Assembly (NCBI GenBank): GCA_000991405.1
Contig: LBRL01000001.1
Coordinates: 527,989-591,988 of the forward strand
DNA from: Candidatus Nomurabacteria bacterium GW2011_GWD2_36_14
GTDB taxonomy: Bacteria > Patescibacteriota > Minisyncoccia > Phycocordibacterales > UBA9973
Direction of reading: 5' to 3'
DNA: 64,000 nucleotides
The position numbers and the translations under genes are program-made. The notes beneath the pieces were generated by a model. That model saw nothing but the letters and a program-made list of their open reading frames with translations, was not told where the DNA came from and made no database searches. Below, piece by piece: positions 7,456 through 17,469 of this stretch. How positions within the stretch are numbered: position 1 is the stretch's first letter; each line of letters starts with the position of its first letter.

Positions 7456-9015
7456 ATGAAACAAAAAAATATACAAATAGATGAGTCAAAAATTCCTGAT
7501 TATGTTACACGTGTAACAAACACACTCGAAAATGCTGGATTCGAGGCTTTTATTGTGGGTGGCTGTGTTCGTGATCTTATTTTGGGCAAAGAGCCGAAAG
7601 ATTGGGATATCACTACAAATGCCAAGCCCGAAGAAATAATCCCTTTATTTGAAAAGACTATATATGAAAACAAATTTGGGACAGTTGGAGTTTGTATGCC
7701 CGTTGCAGATGTTACACCCGCCGACGGATTACCTGTTGCGGACATGCATGAAACAGATAATAACATTACACATGAAACAAAGTACTATATTTTAGAGGTG
7801 ACTCCATATAGAACTGAAGCAAAATATAGCGATTTCCGTCATCCAGACGAAGTACAGTTTAGTGATAACATAGAAGATGATTTAAAAAGACGAGACTTCA
7901 CCATCAACGCTATGGCCTATAATATATCTAAAGGACATATTATTGACCTTTATAAAGGACAAGAAGATATAAAGGACAAAGTTATAAGAGCAGTAGGAAG
8001 CCCGAACGACCGCTTCCAAGAAGATGCCTTGCGCATGCTTCGAGCCATCAGATTCGGAACTACTTTAAATTTTGCCGTTTCATATGAAACAATGCAGGCT
8101 ATATCTGATAATTCCAATCTTATTAAAAACATATCAATGGAAAGAATCCGTGACGAATTCACTAAAATTATAATGTCTGACAATCCCATGACTGGAGTTG
8201 GCTTACTTCAAAAGCTTGGTTTACTAGAGTACATTATTCCTGAATTAGAAGAGGGTATAGGCTGTGAACAAAAAGGTGCACATATATATGACGTATGGGA
8301 ACACTTGCTTCACGCCCTTGAACACGCTGGGAGCAAGAATTGGCCCTTAGAAATAAGACTTTCTGCCTTGTTTCATGACATTGGAAAGCCTCGAACTAGA
8401 CGCTACGATGCTACAAAAAATGGAGGGAAGGGAAAGTATACATTCTTTGGTCATGAGGTAGTAGGATTTAAAATGACAAAAATGATAATGGAGAGATTAA
8501 AATATCCAAAAGATATAACTGAAAAAGTACTGAGTTTCACAAGATATCATATGTTCTTCTCAGACACAGATAAAATAAAACTTTCAGCGGTTAGAAGAAT
8601 AGTCCAAAATGTAGGGAGAGAAAATATTTGGGATCTTATGAAAGTTCGCGAATGTGACAGGGTAGGAATGAAAAAAGCAGAAGCTCCACATAGACTTCGT
8701 AAATATCATGCCATGATAGAGGAAGTTCTCCATGATCCTATCTCTGTAAGCCAACTAGCTATAGACGGTAAATATATGATAGAAACGTTACATGTGAAAC
8801 CAGGGCCAAGAATGGGTTGGATACTAAGTGCCTTACTTGAAGAGGTCCTAGATGATCCAACCAAGAATACAGAAGAACACCTATCAGAACTAGTAAAATC
8901 AATGGAAATACTAGGGAACAATGAGCTAAAGGCTCTTGGTGAAAGAGGCAAAGAAAAACGAGACGAACTAGAACAAGAAGAAATCAAGAAGTTACACATG
9001 AAACACGGGGTATAA
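7456..9015 (+). CDS. cca: tRNA nucleotidyltransferase (CCA-adding enzyme) with C-terminal HD domain
   Basis: 519 aa; class II nucleotidyltransferase head (GGCVRDLILGKEPKDWDITT...RRDFTINAMAY) and HD motif (LFHDIGKP). Consistent with all four nearby tRNA genes lacking an encoded CCA. Confidence 0.85.
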   Translation: MKQKNIQIDESKIPDYVTRVTNTLENAGFEAFIVGGCVRDLILGKEPKDWDITTNAKPEEIIPLFEKTIYENKFGTVGVCMPVADVTPADGLPVADMHETDNNITHETKYYILEVTPYRTEAKYSDFRHPDEVQFSDNIEDDLKRRDFTINAMAYNISKGHIIDLYKGQEDIKDKVIRAVGSPNDRFQEDALRMLRAIRFGTTLNFAVSYETMQAISDNSNLIKNISMERIRDEFTKIIMSDNPMTGVGLLQKLGLLEYIIPELEEGIGCEQKGAHIYDVWEHLLHALEHAGSKNWPLEIRLSALFHDIGKPRTRRYDATKNGGKGKYTFFGHEVVGFKMTKMIMERLKYPKDITEKVLSFTRYHMFFSDTDKIKLSAVRRIVQNVGRENIWDLMKVRECDRVGMKKAEAPHRLRKYHAMIEEVLHDPISVSQLAIDGKYMIETLHVKPGPRMGWILSALLEEVLDDPTKNTEEHLSELVKSMEILGNNELKALGERGKEKRDELEQEEIKKLHMKHGV

Positions 9016-9049
9016 TAAAATAGCTGATAAAATCAGCTATTTTATTAAT

Positions 9050-9664
9050 TTAAATTTTTTGAGCAATAATAAACAATTTAGTGAAATTAATTTCATCACC
9101 CTTTGATTTTCTTTTATATTCTTTTATTATCTTAAAACCATTTTCTTTTAAAAGGTTATTTATTTCACTGGAAGATATTATGTTTAAAAATAAATTTCTC
9201 TTGTGATCAAAGGGTTCATTTATAAAAATTTCATCAGATTGACCTGATTGCAATGCTATATATAATAAACCTTTATCATTGAGAATTTTATTGAAATTCC
9301 TTAAGATTCCTGGTATTTCTTTTTTAATAATGTGAATAAGAGAATATGAAGCAATAATTCCATCAAATTTTCCATGCAATTTAATTTTTCTCATATCTCC
9401 TAAGTGAAAATCTATTAGAGGATAATTATGCTTAGCAATTTTGAGCATTTCTTTCGATAAATCTATGCCCACAGGGAAAAATCCTTTTGATTTAGCAAAC
9501 CCTGAATCTGTTCCAACCCCACAACCGACATCTAAAATTTTCCCTTTCTTCGGAAGAAGTTTCAAAAAAATTTCTATATAACTAGTGGGTTTTAAAAATG
9601 TTTTAGCATAATCTTTTGCTATTACATTGTATATATCTACTACATTTTCTTTTTTTACTAACAT
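9050..9664 (-). CDS. Class I SAM-dependent methyltransferase
   Basis: Motif I ILDVGCGVGTDSGF and a typical Rossmann-fold methyltransferase layout; 204 aa. Confidence 0.75.
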   Translation of the reverse strand: MLVKKENVVDIYNVIAKDYAKTFLKPTSYIEIFLKLLPKKGKILDVGCGVGTDSGFAKSKGFFPVGIDLSKEMLKIAKHNYPLIDFHLGDMRKIKLHGKFDGIIASYSLIHIIKKEIPGILRNFNKILNDKGLLYIALQSGQSDEIFINEPFDHKRNLFLNIISSSEINNLLKENGFKIIKEYKRKSKGDEINFTKLFIIAQKI

Positions 9665-9740
9665 AACTTTATCTTACAATTATATGATAAATAATTCAAT
9701 TATAATCAAAAACTCTGCATAAAATACAGAGTTTGAAGAT

Positions 9741-10352
9741 TTAGTATATACAGCTAATAAGCTGTCCGTCAGATTTTAAATATTTTCCTTTTAATTTCAC
9801 CCTTGAAAAATCAATATATTCTCTAAGTGAATGAAAATAATTTAGAAACGGCTCAAGTTTCGTCTTATAAAGAAAGTTCTTGATTTGGTTTTTGCTCATA
9901 TTAACAGAGTAAAATCCAAATCTAACACCAGATTCGATAGCGTCTTTCGCAAAAAATGCCATTTTACTAAAATCCTCTGCAGTAGGGCCATGTGAAATGT
10001 CAAAACCTATTCTTATAAAGACGTTCACGTGAGAAAGTTTTGTTAGAAGTTCATAATAATTATCTCTACCAATAAAATATCCATTAGTTTCAATAATTAT
10101 TAGTAATTCCTTGTTAATAGCTGGAACAACAAAGCTCTCAAACCAATTATTAATTGTCGTTATTTCTCCTCCTCTCAAGACGACAATCTCACCAGCCACC
10201 AGTTCATATAGATTGTTCAAATAAATATCCAAATTTAATTTTCTTTGTACCCCGTGAAAAGGGCAATTGCCGCAATCTAAGTTACAAAAGAATGTCGTTT
10301 CAACAATAAGATCTGCAGTTTTGTAAACATCAATTTCTGCTAAGTTTTTCAT
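9741..10352 (-). CDS. Small radical-SAM protein (QueE / activase-like)
   Basis: CNLDCGNCPF (a Cx3Cx2C cluster) near the N-terminus and LRGGE (a GGE motif); 203 aa. Confidence 0.55.
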   Translation of the reverse strand: MKNLAEIDVYKTADLIVETTFFCNLDCGNCPFHGVQRKLNLDIYLNNLYELVAGEIVVLRGGEITTINNWFESFVVPAINKELLIIIETNGYFIGRDNYYELLTKLSHVNVFIRIGFDISHGPTAEDFSKMAFFAKDAIESGVRFGFYSVNMSKNQIKNFLYKTKLEPFLNYFHSLREYIDFSRVKLKGKYLKSDGQLISCIY

Positions 10353-10557
10353 TGTTTTTTAATTTAATTGGTTAATCGGGGCTTCTAGAATCGCCCCGTG
10401 TAACCAATCAAATTATTTTTTAGGGAGCTTAATTTAAATGCAGTATAGTAAATTGTAAGCATATTGTCAAGCTTTATCGTCTATTTTATGCTTAATTATA
10501 AGGATATTTTTGTATTACTATAATTTCTGTCGGTCTATATTGACAACAAAAATATGA

Positions 10558-11358
10558 ATGTATATAATGATAAACATGAAAAAAGTATTGCGACCAGAAA
10601 CAGAAAAGGCTCTACTGGAGGCTGGATTTTCTGACAAAGAAATAGCTGTTTATGTAGCCCTTTTGTCGCTAGGGAAGGGTATCGTCACTAAAATTGCTAG
10701 AACTGCATCTATAAGTAGAACAACTACTTATGATGTATTGGATAATTTATCACAAAAAGGATTAGTGAAAATTTCTGGTAAGGAACCAAAGCAGGAATAT
10801 GTGGCTGAATCACCAGAAAGATTGGAAAAGTTTCTAAGTGAAGAAATTGAAATAAAAAACAATAGTTTAAATAAAGTGAAGTACATTATTCCAGAACTTT
10901 TTTCTATTTATAACACCAAAGAAATTCCTCGTGTTCGATATTATGAGGGAATTGATGGATTGAAAAGAGCACTTGAAGATACTTTATCAAAAGGTGACAC
11001 AGAAATCCTGGCATCAGGCGGAGCTGAAGATATGTTTGAAGCTGTTGGGGAAGGATATTCTAGAGAATATTTTCGAAAAAGGGTAGAAAAAAATATTAGT
11101 ATAAGAGGGATTGCCTCTGGTGATTCAGGAACAATGAAAGTCGCTGAAAGAAATATGGAGGAATTGAGAGAAATATTGATAGTGCCCAATGATAAGTTTC
11201 ATTTTTCTGTGGAAACGAATATTTATAATGATAAAGTTTTAAATATCTCTTGGAAAGAAAAGTTTGCCGTAATGATTGAGAGTAAAGAAATCGCCGATGC
11301 TCAGAAGAAAGTATTTGAACTGGCTTGGATAGGGGCAAGGGAAATGGGGAGGAAATAA
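10558..11358 (+). CDS. TrmB-family transcriptional regulator (paralogue 1)
   Basis: N-terminal winged HTH (EIAVYVALLSLGKGIVTKIARTASISRTTTYDVLDNLSQKGLV) followed by a TrmB-type C-terminal domain. It shares the identical stretch GKEPKQEYVAESP with the ORF at 21171-21947. Confidence 0.75.
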   Translation: MYIMINMKKVLRPETEKALLEAGFSDKEIAVYVALLSLGKGIVTKIARTASISRTTTYDVLDNLSQKGLVKISGKEPKQEYVAESPERLEKFLSEEIEIKNNSLNKVKYIIPELFSIYNTKEIPRVRYYEGIDGLKRALEDTLSKGDTEILASGGAEDMFEAVGEGYSREYFRKRVEKNISIRGIASGDSGTMKVAERNMEELREILIVPNDKFHFSVETNIYNDKVLNISWKEKFAVMIESKEIADAQKKVFELAWIGAREMGRK

Positions 11359-11497
11359 AAAAAACAAGCAGGGCATCCGAAGATACACCTGCTGTTTCAC
11401 TAATTACTTCTCCTTTAACCAACAATTAAAAAATGATTTTTTGAGAGGCCCTCAAGCCTACTCGGTATTCAGTATTTCAATTTAATTGTACAGTAAA

Positions 11498-12295
11498 TCA
11501 AAGTATTATGTCAAGCATTATTGGGCAATGATCAGAACCCATATATTCTGTAAGGGTTTTAAAAGATTTTACATTTTTCATGAAAGACTGGTTGGTGAAG
11601 AAGTAGTCTATACGCCAGCCGACGTTTCTATCGCGAGAGCGAGTCTTCTGATCCCAGTATGTATACACATCCTTCTTGTCGGGATTCAAATTCCTGAAAA
11701 TATCTACCCAGCCATTATTTACAAGCTCATCCATCCAAGCTCTTTCTATAGGAAGGAAGCCTGTATTCTCTTCGTTGGCCTTTGGTCGAGCTAAGTCGAT
11801 AGCTTCGTGAGCAGTATTCACATCTCCACAAAAAATAACGTCGTAACTTTTCTTCTTTAATTTATTTATAAACAATAAAAATGCATCATAGAATTCAAGC
11901 TTGTATTTAAGTCTTTCTGGTCCAGTACCTGCATTGGGGAAGTAGCCTGTGATAACAACAAGCTTCTTACCTTGCCCGTCCGAAGGATTAGGGTAATACA
12001 GAACAAGTAAGCGCCCCTCATCGTCAAACTTGGGAATACCTATACCATATTCTACTTTTAATGGCTTTTCTTTTGTATACATAGCCACTCCACTGTAGCC
12101 TTTTCTACCTTTTGAATGTGAAAAATACGAATGATAGCCTTTTAAATTTCTTGTTTTTTCATCAAGCTGGTCTATTTCACATTTAGTCTCTTGAAAACAA
12201 ACAATATCTGGATTATTAAAAGCGAAAAGGGGAGTGAAATTCCCTTGTTTTACCGTTGCTCGCAGTCCATTGGTATTCCATGAAATTATTTTCAT
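11498..12295 (-). CDS. xth: Exodeoxyribonuclease III
   Basis: 265 aa; MKIISWNTNGLRA...CFQETK...GDVNTAHEAIDL...SDHCP are the AP-endonuclease family motifs. Confidence 0.95.
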   Translation of the reverse strand: MKIISWNTNGLRATVKQGNFTPLFAFNNPDIVCFQETKCEIDQLDEKTRNLKGYHSYFSHSKGRKGYSGVAMYTKEKPLKVEYGIGIPKFDDEGRLLVLYYPNPSDGQGKKLVVITGYFPNAGTGPERLKYKLEFYDAFLLFINKLKKKSYDVIFCGDVNTAHEAIDLARPKANEENTGFLPIERAWMDELVNNGWVDIFRNLNPDKKDVYTYWDQKTRSRDRNVGWRIDYFFTNQSFMKNVKSFKTLTEYMGSDHCPIMLDIIL

Positions 12296-12313
12296 AGATG
12301 TATTTTAACACGA

Positions 12314-12410
12314 AATACAAATGTTCTCGAGCGAACCCTTACGGAGGCCGACGGGCCGAGTACGAGCAAAATTTTCAGTAGAAAATTATTGTGTGGTGAG
12401 TCCGAGAATA
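12314..12410. repeat. Repeat family B-prime (variant of B), copy 1
   Basis: gaacccttacggaggccgacgggccgagtacgagcaaaattttcagtagaaaattattgtgtggtgagtccgag; about 90% identical to the reverse complement of 32590-32680. Confidence 0.75.
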
Positions 12411-12427
12411 TTTGTATGGAGTGTTTA

Positions 12428-13420
12428 TTAATTCGAATGAAACTTCTTGTGTACATCTCGAAGTTGCTTGTCTGTAATATGCGTATATATCTGAGTTGTG
12501 GCAATGTTGGCGTGGCCGAGCATCATTTGCACAGAGCGAATGTCGGCTCCATTGGAGAGTAAGTCCGTGGCAAACGAGTGACGAATCACGTGCGGGGTAA
12601 CTTTCTTAGATATTCCAGCTTTTATAGCATAATACTTCACGATTCTCTCTATAGAACGAGGGGTTAATCTGCCATCCTTTCCGGCGGGTGAATTACTTTT
12701 TCCACTATTCCTAGAATACTGTATAAAAAGAGGCTCATCTAAGTCCTTTCTATTCTTTAGATACTCCCGTATTGCATCCTTGGCAGAGTTTGATAAGAAG
12801 ACTACTCGCACCTTTTCACCCTTTCCTCGTATAGAGAATTCATCTTTCGATAAATCCAAGTCTCTATTGAGCGAACAAAGCTCTGAAAGACGAAGGCCTG
12901 TAGAAAAGAATAATTCTAAAATAGCCTTATCTCGCAATACTTTTAAATTCCCATAGGTCAGACCTATGGACTCTATACTTTTACTTTTTGCCCCTAGGTC
13001 CGACCTAGGGGAAGATTCGGGAGCTTTTAAAAGTCTATTCAATTCATCAGTAGAAATAAGGTCGAGCGAACGCTCTTTTATCTTGGCTAAGTCTATCCTG
13101 TCAGGAGCGAGGGAAGTGATAGACCTCTTCATAAGGTATTTAAGGAAAGACCGAAGTGCTATAAGATGATAATTCTGGGTATTTTTCTTAAGCGTTCCTG
13201 ACTGTTGCCCACGAACCTTCACTCCAGGCTGACGATTAAGGAAAAGGCGGAATTCACGAATCTTGTCATCGGTAATATCACTGGGATCACTTATTTTAGC
13301 AAATTCAAAGAATCGACTTATATAGTGATCGTAGTTATTTACAGTCTTCAGACTATTTCCTTTCTCTATTTCTACATGCTCAAGGAATTCTCTTTTTAAT
13401 TGTTCAAGTTGTGTACTCAT
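12428..13420 (-). CDS. xerC: Tyrosine site-specific recombinase XerC/XerD, with an extra linker insertion of about 20 aa
   Basis: 330 aa; the catalytic-domain motifs (GLRLSEL, HVIRHSFATDLLSNGADIRSVQMMLGHANIATTQIYTHI) are present. The linker between LLKAP and RDKAIL is about 18-20 aa longer than usual and is encoded by a palindromic 61-bp element. Confidence 0.9.
   Translation of the reverse strand: MSTQLEQLKREFLEHVEIEKGNSLKTVNNYDHYISRFFEFAKISDPSDITDDKIREFRLFLNRQPGVKVRGQQSGTLKKNTQNYHLIALRSFLKYLMKRSITSLAPDRIDLAKIKERSLDLISTDELNRLLKAPESSPRSDLGAKSKSIESIGLTYGNLKVLRDKAILELFFSTGLRLSELCSLNRDLDLSKDEFSIRGKGEKVRVVFLSNSAKDAIREYLKNRKDLDEPLFIQYSRNSGKSNSPAGKDGRLTPRSIERIVKYYAIKAGISKKVTPHVIRHSFATDLLSNGADIRSVQMMLGHANIATTQIYTHITDKQLRDVHKKFHSN
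12951..13011. repeat. 61-bp nested-palindrome element (family C), in frame inside xerC
   Basis: ccataggtcagacctatgg-actctatacttttactttttg-cccctaggtccgacctagggg. The same architecture and length occur at 54628-54688 (ccataggtcggacctaggg...ccctaggtccgacctatgg). Confidence 0.8.
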
Positions 13421-13454
13421 ATTAATGTCGTAAAATAATTATACCACAAACAGC

Positions 13455-13600
13455 GCCTTGCCCCCACACCTACTTTTTTATAGCTTTTAAATTGTGCCAC
13501 CATTTTATCAAAAATAGTATATTTTTAAGTATAGTCTACATTACTTTTAAGATAAATCCACAAAAAGCACAATAATAAAAAAGTGGGTGTGGGGGCTTGC
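13455..13600. repeat. Long-loop hairpin element family A, copy 2
   Basis: gccttgcccccacacctactttttt ... aaaaaagtgggtgtgggggcttgc; arms complementary with one wobble position; AT-rich loop of about 100 nt. Confidence 0.8.
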
Positions 13601-13634
13601 ATTTCTTCACAACTTGTGCTAATATACGCACACG

Positions 13635-13895
13635 ATGTTAACAACAAAGAAAAAGCAAAATATTATAAAGAAGAATCAGCTTCATGATAAAGACACAGGA
13701 AGTCCTGAGGTTCAGATTGCCGTTTTAAGTAAAAGAATCGACGAATTGGCTGACCATCTTAAAATTCACAAGAAAGACAACCATTCTCGCCGTGGACTTA
13801 TCAAAATGGTAGCAGACCGCCGAACACACCTTAAATATCTAGAAAGAACAGACAAATCTCGTCACGAAAAAGAAGTTAAAAAAATAAAAGCTTAA
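13635..13895 (+). CDS. rpsO: 30S ribosomal protein S15
   Basis: 86 aa; [38 protein letters not shown] is the S15 signature. Confidence 0.95.
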   Translation: MLTTKKKQNIIKKNQLHDKDTGSPEVQIAVLSKRIDELADHLKIHKKDNHSRRGLIKMVADRRTHLKYLERTDKSRHEKEVKKIKA

Positions 13896-13968
13896 CAAAA
13901 TCCTCTGACTTCGGTCAGAGTTTTTTGTTTCAAGATAGAGTATAATAGTGAAGTAAGTAAGCGTAAGT

Positions 13969-14066
13969 AAAAATAGTCTCTGAGAAGGGGCCGGCGGAGG
14001 TCGACGGACCGAGCAATGAGCAAATTTCTAGCAAGAAATTATGCGGACCCTTCGAGGAGAGCTATT
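13969..14066 (+). repeat. GC-rich repeat family B, copy 2
   Basis: aaaatagtctctgagaaggggccggcggaggtcgacggaccgagcaatgagcaaatttctagcaagaaattatgcggacccttcgaggagagctattttt. It follows the short rpsO terminator hairpin ctctgacttcggtcagag (13898-13926). Confidence 0.8.
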
Positions 14067-14130
14067 TTTACTGAAGCAATATACATAGGTCGATTTTTAA
14101 TAAAATAATTTAAATAATAAAAAATAAAAC

Positions 14131-14637
14131 ATGAGTATAATAAAACATAAAGAGCAAAGGGTAGGGGTTTTTATAGACACATCGAACCTATACCACTCTG
14201 CTAAAAATTTATATAAAAGAAAAGTAAACTTTGGTGCAGTTTTGAAAGATGCAGTCGCAGGTCGCAAACTTGTGCGTGCTATCGCATACGTCATTACAAG
14301 TGAAGGCGGTGAAGAGAAGAACTTTTTCGACGCCCTAACAAAACTTGGAATAGAAACTAAAACGAAAGAATTACAAATTTTCTCTGGTGGTGCCAAGAAG
14401 GGGGACTGGGATGTAGGTATCTCTGTCGACGCCATGAAGATGGCTCCCAAGCTTGACGCTGTCGTCCTCGTCGCTGGTGATGGAGACTTCGTACCACTTG
14501 TAGAATACTTACAAAGTACATCTGGAGTCCAAGTCGAAGTAGTATCGTTTGGAAAAAGTTCTTCTATGAAGTTGAAGGACCAAGCCGACGACTTCCTAGA
14601 CCTTTCAGCAAATCCAAGAAAGTATCTAATATATTAA
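14131..14637 (+). CDS. NYN-domain (LabA-like / PIN-like) protein
   Basis: 168 aa; VGVFIDTSNLY...VLVAGDGDFVPLV is typical of NYN/LabA ribonuclease-like domains. Confidence 0.6.
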   Translation: MSIIKHKEQRVGVFIDTSNLYHSAKNLYKRKVNFGAVLKDAVAGRKLVRAIAYVITSEGGEEKNFFDALTKLGIETKTKELQIFSGGAKKGDWDVGISVDAMKMAPKLDAVVLVAGDGDFVPLVEYLQSTSGVQVEVVSFGKSSSMKLKDQADDFLDLSANPRKYLIY

Positions 14638-14645
14638 AATGAGTA

Positions 14646-14677
14646 AAGGCCTGATAACAATTGTTATCAGGCCTTTA
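14646..14677. terminator. Bidirectional intrinsic terminator
   Basis: aaaggcctgataacaattgttatcaggccttt, a perfect 13-bp stem, followed by a T-run. Confidence 0.7.
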
Positions 14678-14700
14678 GGTTTTGATTGATTGTGCACTTT

Positions 14701-15099
14701 TCATTTTTGGGGAAATTTAGGAAAGTAGATTAATCTAATTCCGGGATTCCATTTAAAGAACGGATTTTTTGCGATTTCTTCCGTATATTTATGCCAATCA
14801 TTTAAATTCTCATCGTCATAAAAAAAATAAGTCAGTGCTGGTAATCCATGTTGATTTAGATGATGAGCAAGATAAAATCTGTCTCTATTAAGAGACTCTA
14901 AGAATGACGAGGACATAACATGAGTAAACTCTTCGTTGCTCATTAATGCGGTTGGTACTCGCTCTTCAATTTCACCAAAGTTCATTCTTCCTTCTAGGGA
15001 ATACTCTGATGGTTGAAAAGACATTGTGGTGTTCTCGATCATGGTTACAGGAATACCCCCACCGACTGCTAACACAGAGACATTTTGATTTGTTTTCAT
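14701..15099 (-). CDS. Hypothetical protein
   Basis: 132-aa ORF, convergent with the NYN gene; no recognisable motif. Confidence 0.4.
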   Translation of the reverse strand: MKTNQNVSVLAVGGGIPVTMIENTTMSFQPSEYSLEGRMNFGEIEERVPTALMSNEEFTHVMSSSFLESLNRDRFYLAHHLNQHGLPALTYFFYDDENLNDWHKYTEEIAKNPFFKWNPGIRLIYFPKFPQK

Positions 15100-15328
15100 G
15101 TGGTTAAATTTAAAAGTTTATTTAACTATATAATAGCAAAAACTCATTGTCAATTGGTGATATTTTTGCTAATATGAGCTCATTAATAGAATTAATTTGT
15201 TAGCCTCCGGACAATTAGAGTTGAAGCCATAAGTGAGTTAATTATGGATTTCAAAACTAGAGTCTGGAGACTAGCTTCACCCTAAATATTAAATTTAGTA
15301 AATGATTTAATATCGGGGAAACAACATT

Positions 15329-17455
15329 ATGCAAAGTAAAGAATATGAAGTAGAGATCGGTGGCAAGAAAATTGTCGCAATGTTTTCTGATTTAGCCGAC
15401 CAAGCCAATGGTTCTGTAATATTAAAAAGTGAGGGAACTGTCGTCATGGCGACGGCCGTCATATCCAAAGATGGAAGTAAGAATTTGGGATTCTTCAATC
15501 TAACAGTCGAGTACCTAGAGAAATTCTACGCCACTGGCAAGATTCTCGGAGGTCAGTACAACAAGCGTGAGGGCCGTCCTAGTGACCAAGCCATTCTCGC
15601 CGCTCGTATGATTGACCGAACCATTCGTCCACTCTTCGACCAACATATTAAAAATGCTGTACAAGTTATCATTACAGTCATAGCCGTAGGCAACACTGAT
15701 CCGAAAGCTCTCGGAATAAATGCCGCCTCAATAGCTCTGCACATGTCAGACATTCCATGGAACGGACCCATCGGTGCAGTGCAAATAAGTAAGACAAAAG
15801 AAGATGGAACCCTAAAAGTAAACCACTACATTCCAAGTGGAGATGAAGCTGTATATGAACTCGACTTGCTTGTGTGTGGAAAAGATAAAACTATAAACAT
15901 GATTGAAGCCATGTCTTTTGAATTAAGTGAAGACGAAATGGGAAAGTGCTTTGACCTTGCTTCAACTGAAATTACCAAATGGGAGGACTTCCAAAAGAAA
16001 CTTTATGCTGACTTCGGCAAAGAAAAACTTTCATTCATTAAAACAAAAATTGACGAAGACATTACTGCTATCTTCAATGAGAAAGTGAAGCCACTTCTGG
16101 ATGAGAAACTTTTCAGTCGTGATAGCAAGAAGGTTTCATATGAAGTAGAAGCACTCTGGAAAGATATATTGAAGGAAAAGTATAAAGACAGTGAAGATGA
16201 TAAGAAGATTGATGCAGCAGAAGATTATCTCCATCATTATCTAGACTCCATGTTTCACAAAATGGCATTGGAGAAGGGAGCACGTGCAGACGGAAGAGCT
16301 ATAGATGAAGTTCGCCAACTTTATGCCAAGGCAGGAGGTATCTCGGAGGTGTTGCACGGTTCTGGAATATTCTACCGAGGAGAAACTCACGTACTTTCAG
16401 TGCTTGCACTTGGTGGCCCAGAAGATATGCAAACAGTTCAAGGTATGGAATCAGAGTCTAAGAAGCGTTTCATGCATCACTACAACTTCCCTCCATACTC
16501 AGGTGGAGAGACAGGACGTGTCGGGGGATTGAACAGAAGAGAAATGGGTCATGGGTTCCTAGTGGAGAAAGCTCTCACTCCTGTTATTCCAGAGAAAATA
16601 AATTTCCCTTATACTATTCGCGTAGTCTCAGAATCTACGGCCTCGAACGGTTCTACTTCGCAAGCTTCTATCTGTGCTACAACTCTTGCACTTATGGATG
16701 GAGGAGTGCCTATCAAGACTCCTGTCGCTGGTATCTCAATAGGTCTAATGGCTGATGAAAAAGATGTTAATAAATATGTTCTACTAACTGATATTCAAGG
16801 ACCAGAAGATCACTATGGTGACATGGACTTCAAAGTTGCGGGAACAAAGGACGGTATCACTGCTATCCAGCTCGATGTGAAAGTTGATGGAGTACAAATT
16901 AAAATTCTTAAGGAGGCCTTACTTCGCGCAAAAACTGCTCGTATGCAAATCTTGGAAACTATTACAAAGGAAATAGTAGCTCCTCGTGCAAATATTTCTC
17001 CTAATGCTCCGAAGATTTTAACTGTGAAGATTAAGAAGGATCAGATAGGTATGGTCATCGGCCCTGGAGGTAAGAACATAAATGAAATTCGCGAGAAGAC
17101 AAATACAGAGATCACGATAGAAGAAGATGGAACAGTCTTCGTTACTGGCAAGAATGGCGGAGCAGAAGAAGCTGTCAAAATAATTGAAGAAATGACTCAC
17201 GAATACAAAGTAGGAGACACAGCCGAAGGAGTAGTAGTGAAGCTTATGGACTTTGGGGCTTTCGTACGTATCGGACATGATACAGAAGGTCTAGTCCACG
17301 TATCTGAAGTTGCTCCATTCCGTGTAGAGAAAGTTTCTGATATCATTAAGGAAGGAGACAGAGTACCTGTGAAAATAATCAAGGTAGATGAGAGAGGTAG
17401 ACTCAACTTCTCTATCAAAGAAGCCAACAAAGATTTCTTCAAACCAAAAGCATAA
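15329..17455 (+). CDS. pnp: Polyribonucleotide nucleotidyltransferase (PNPase)
   Basis: 708 aa; two RNase PH domains, a KH domain (GMVIGPGGKNINEIREKT) and a C-terminal S1 domain (GVVVKLMDFGAFVRIGHDTEGLVHVSEV). Confidence 0.95.
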   Translation: MQSKEYEVEIGGKKIVAMFSDLADQANGSVILKSEGTVVMATAVISKDGSKNLGFFNLTVEYLEKFYATGKILGGQYNKREGRPSDQAILAARMIDRTIRPLFDQHIKNAVQVIITVIAVGNTDPKALGINAASIALHMSDIPWNGPIGAVQISKTKEDGTLKVNHYIPSGDEAVYELDLLVCGKDKTINMIEAMSFELSEDEMGKCFDLASTEITKWEDFQKKLYADFGKEKLSFIKTKIDEDITAIFNEKVKPLLDEKLFSRDSKKVSYEVEALWKDILKEKYKDSEDDKKIDAAEDYLHHYLDSMFHKMALEKGARADGRAIDEVRQLYAKAGGISEVLHGSGIFYRGETHVLSVLALGGPEDMQTVQGMESESKKRFMHHYNFPPYSGGETGRVGGLNRREMGHGFLVEKALTPVIPEKINFPYTIRVVSESTASNGSTSQASICATTLALMDGGVPIKTPVAGISIGLMADEKDVNKYVLLTDIQGPEDHYGDMDFKVAGTKDGITAIQLDVKVDGVQIKILKEALLRAKTARMQILETITKEIVAPRANISPNAPKILTVKIKKDQIGMVIGPGGKNINEIREKTNTEITIEEDGTVFVTGKNGGAEEAVKIIEEMTHEYKVGDTAEGVVVKLMDFGAFVRIGHDTEGLVHVSEVAPFRVEKVSDIIKEGDRVPVKIIKVDERGRLNFSIKEANKDFFKPKA

Positions 17456-17469
17456 TAAAAAATAAAAGA

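Noticed and set aside
11486-11794. 102-aa + strand ORF overlapping xth
   Set aside because: Antisense to the well-conserved exonuclease III gene.
12428-13420. Integron/ICE integrase marking a mobile island
   Set aside because: The protein has the XerC/XerD domain order and motifs. No attachment-site repeats, cargo or GC shift flank it, and the housekeeping genes xth and rpsO are immediate neighbours.
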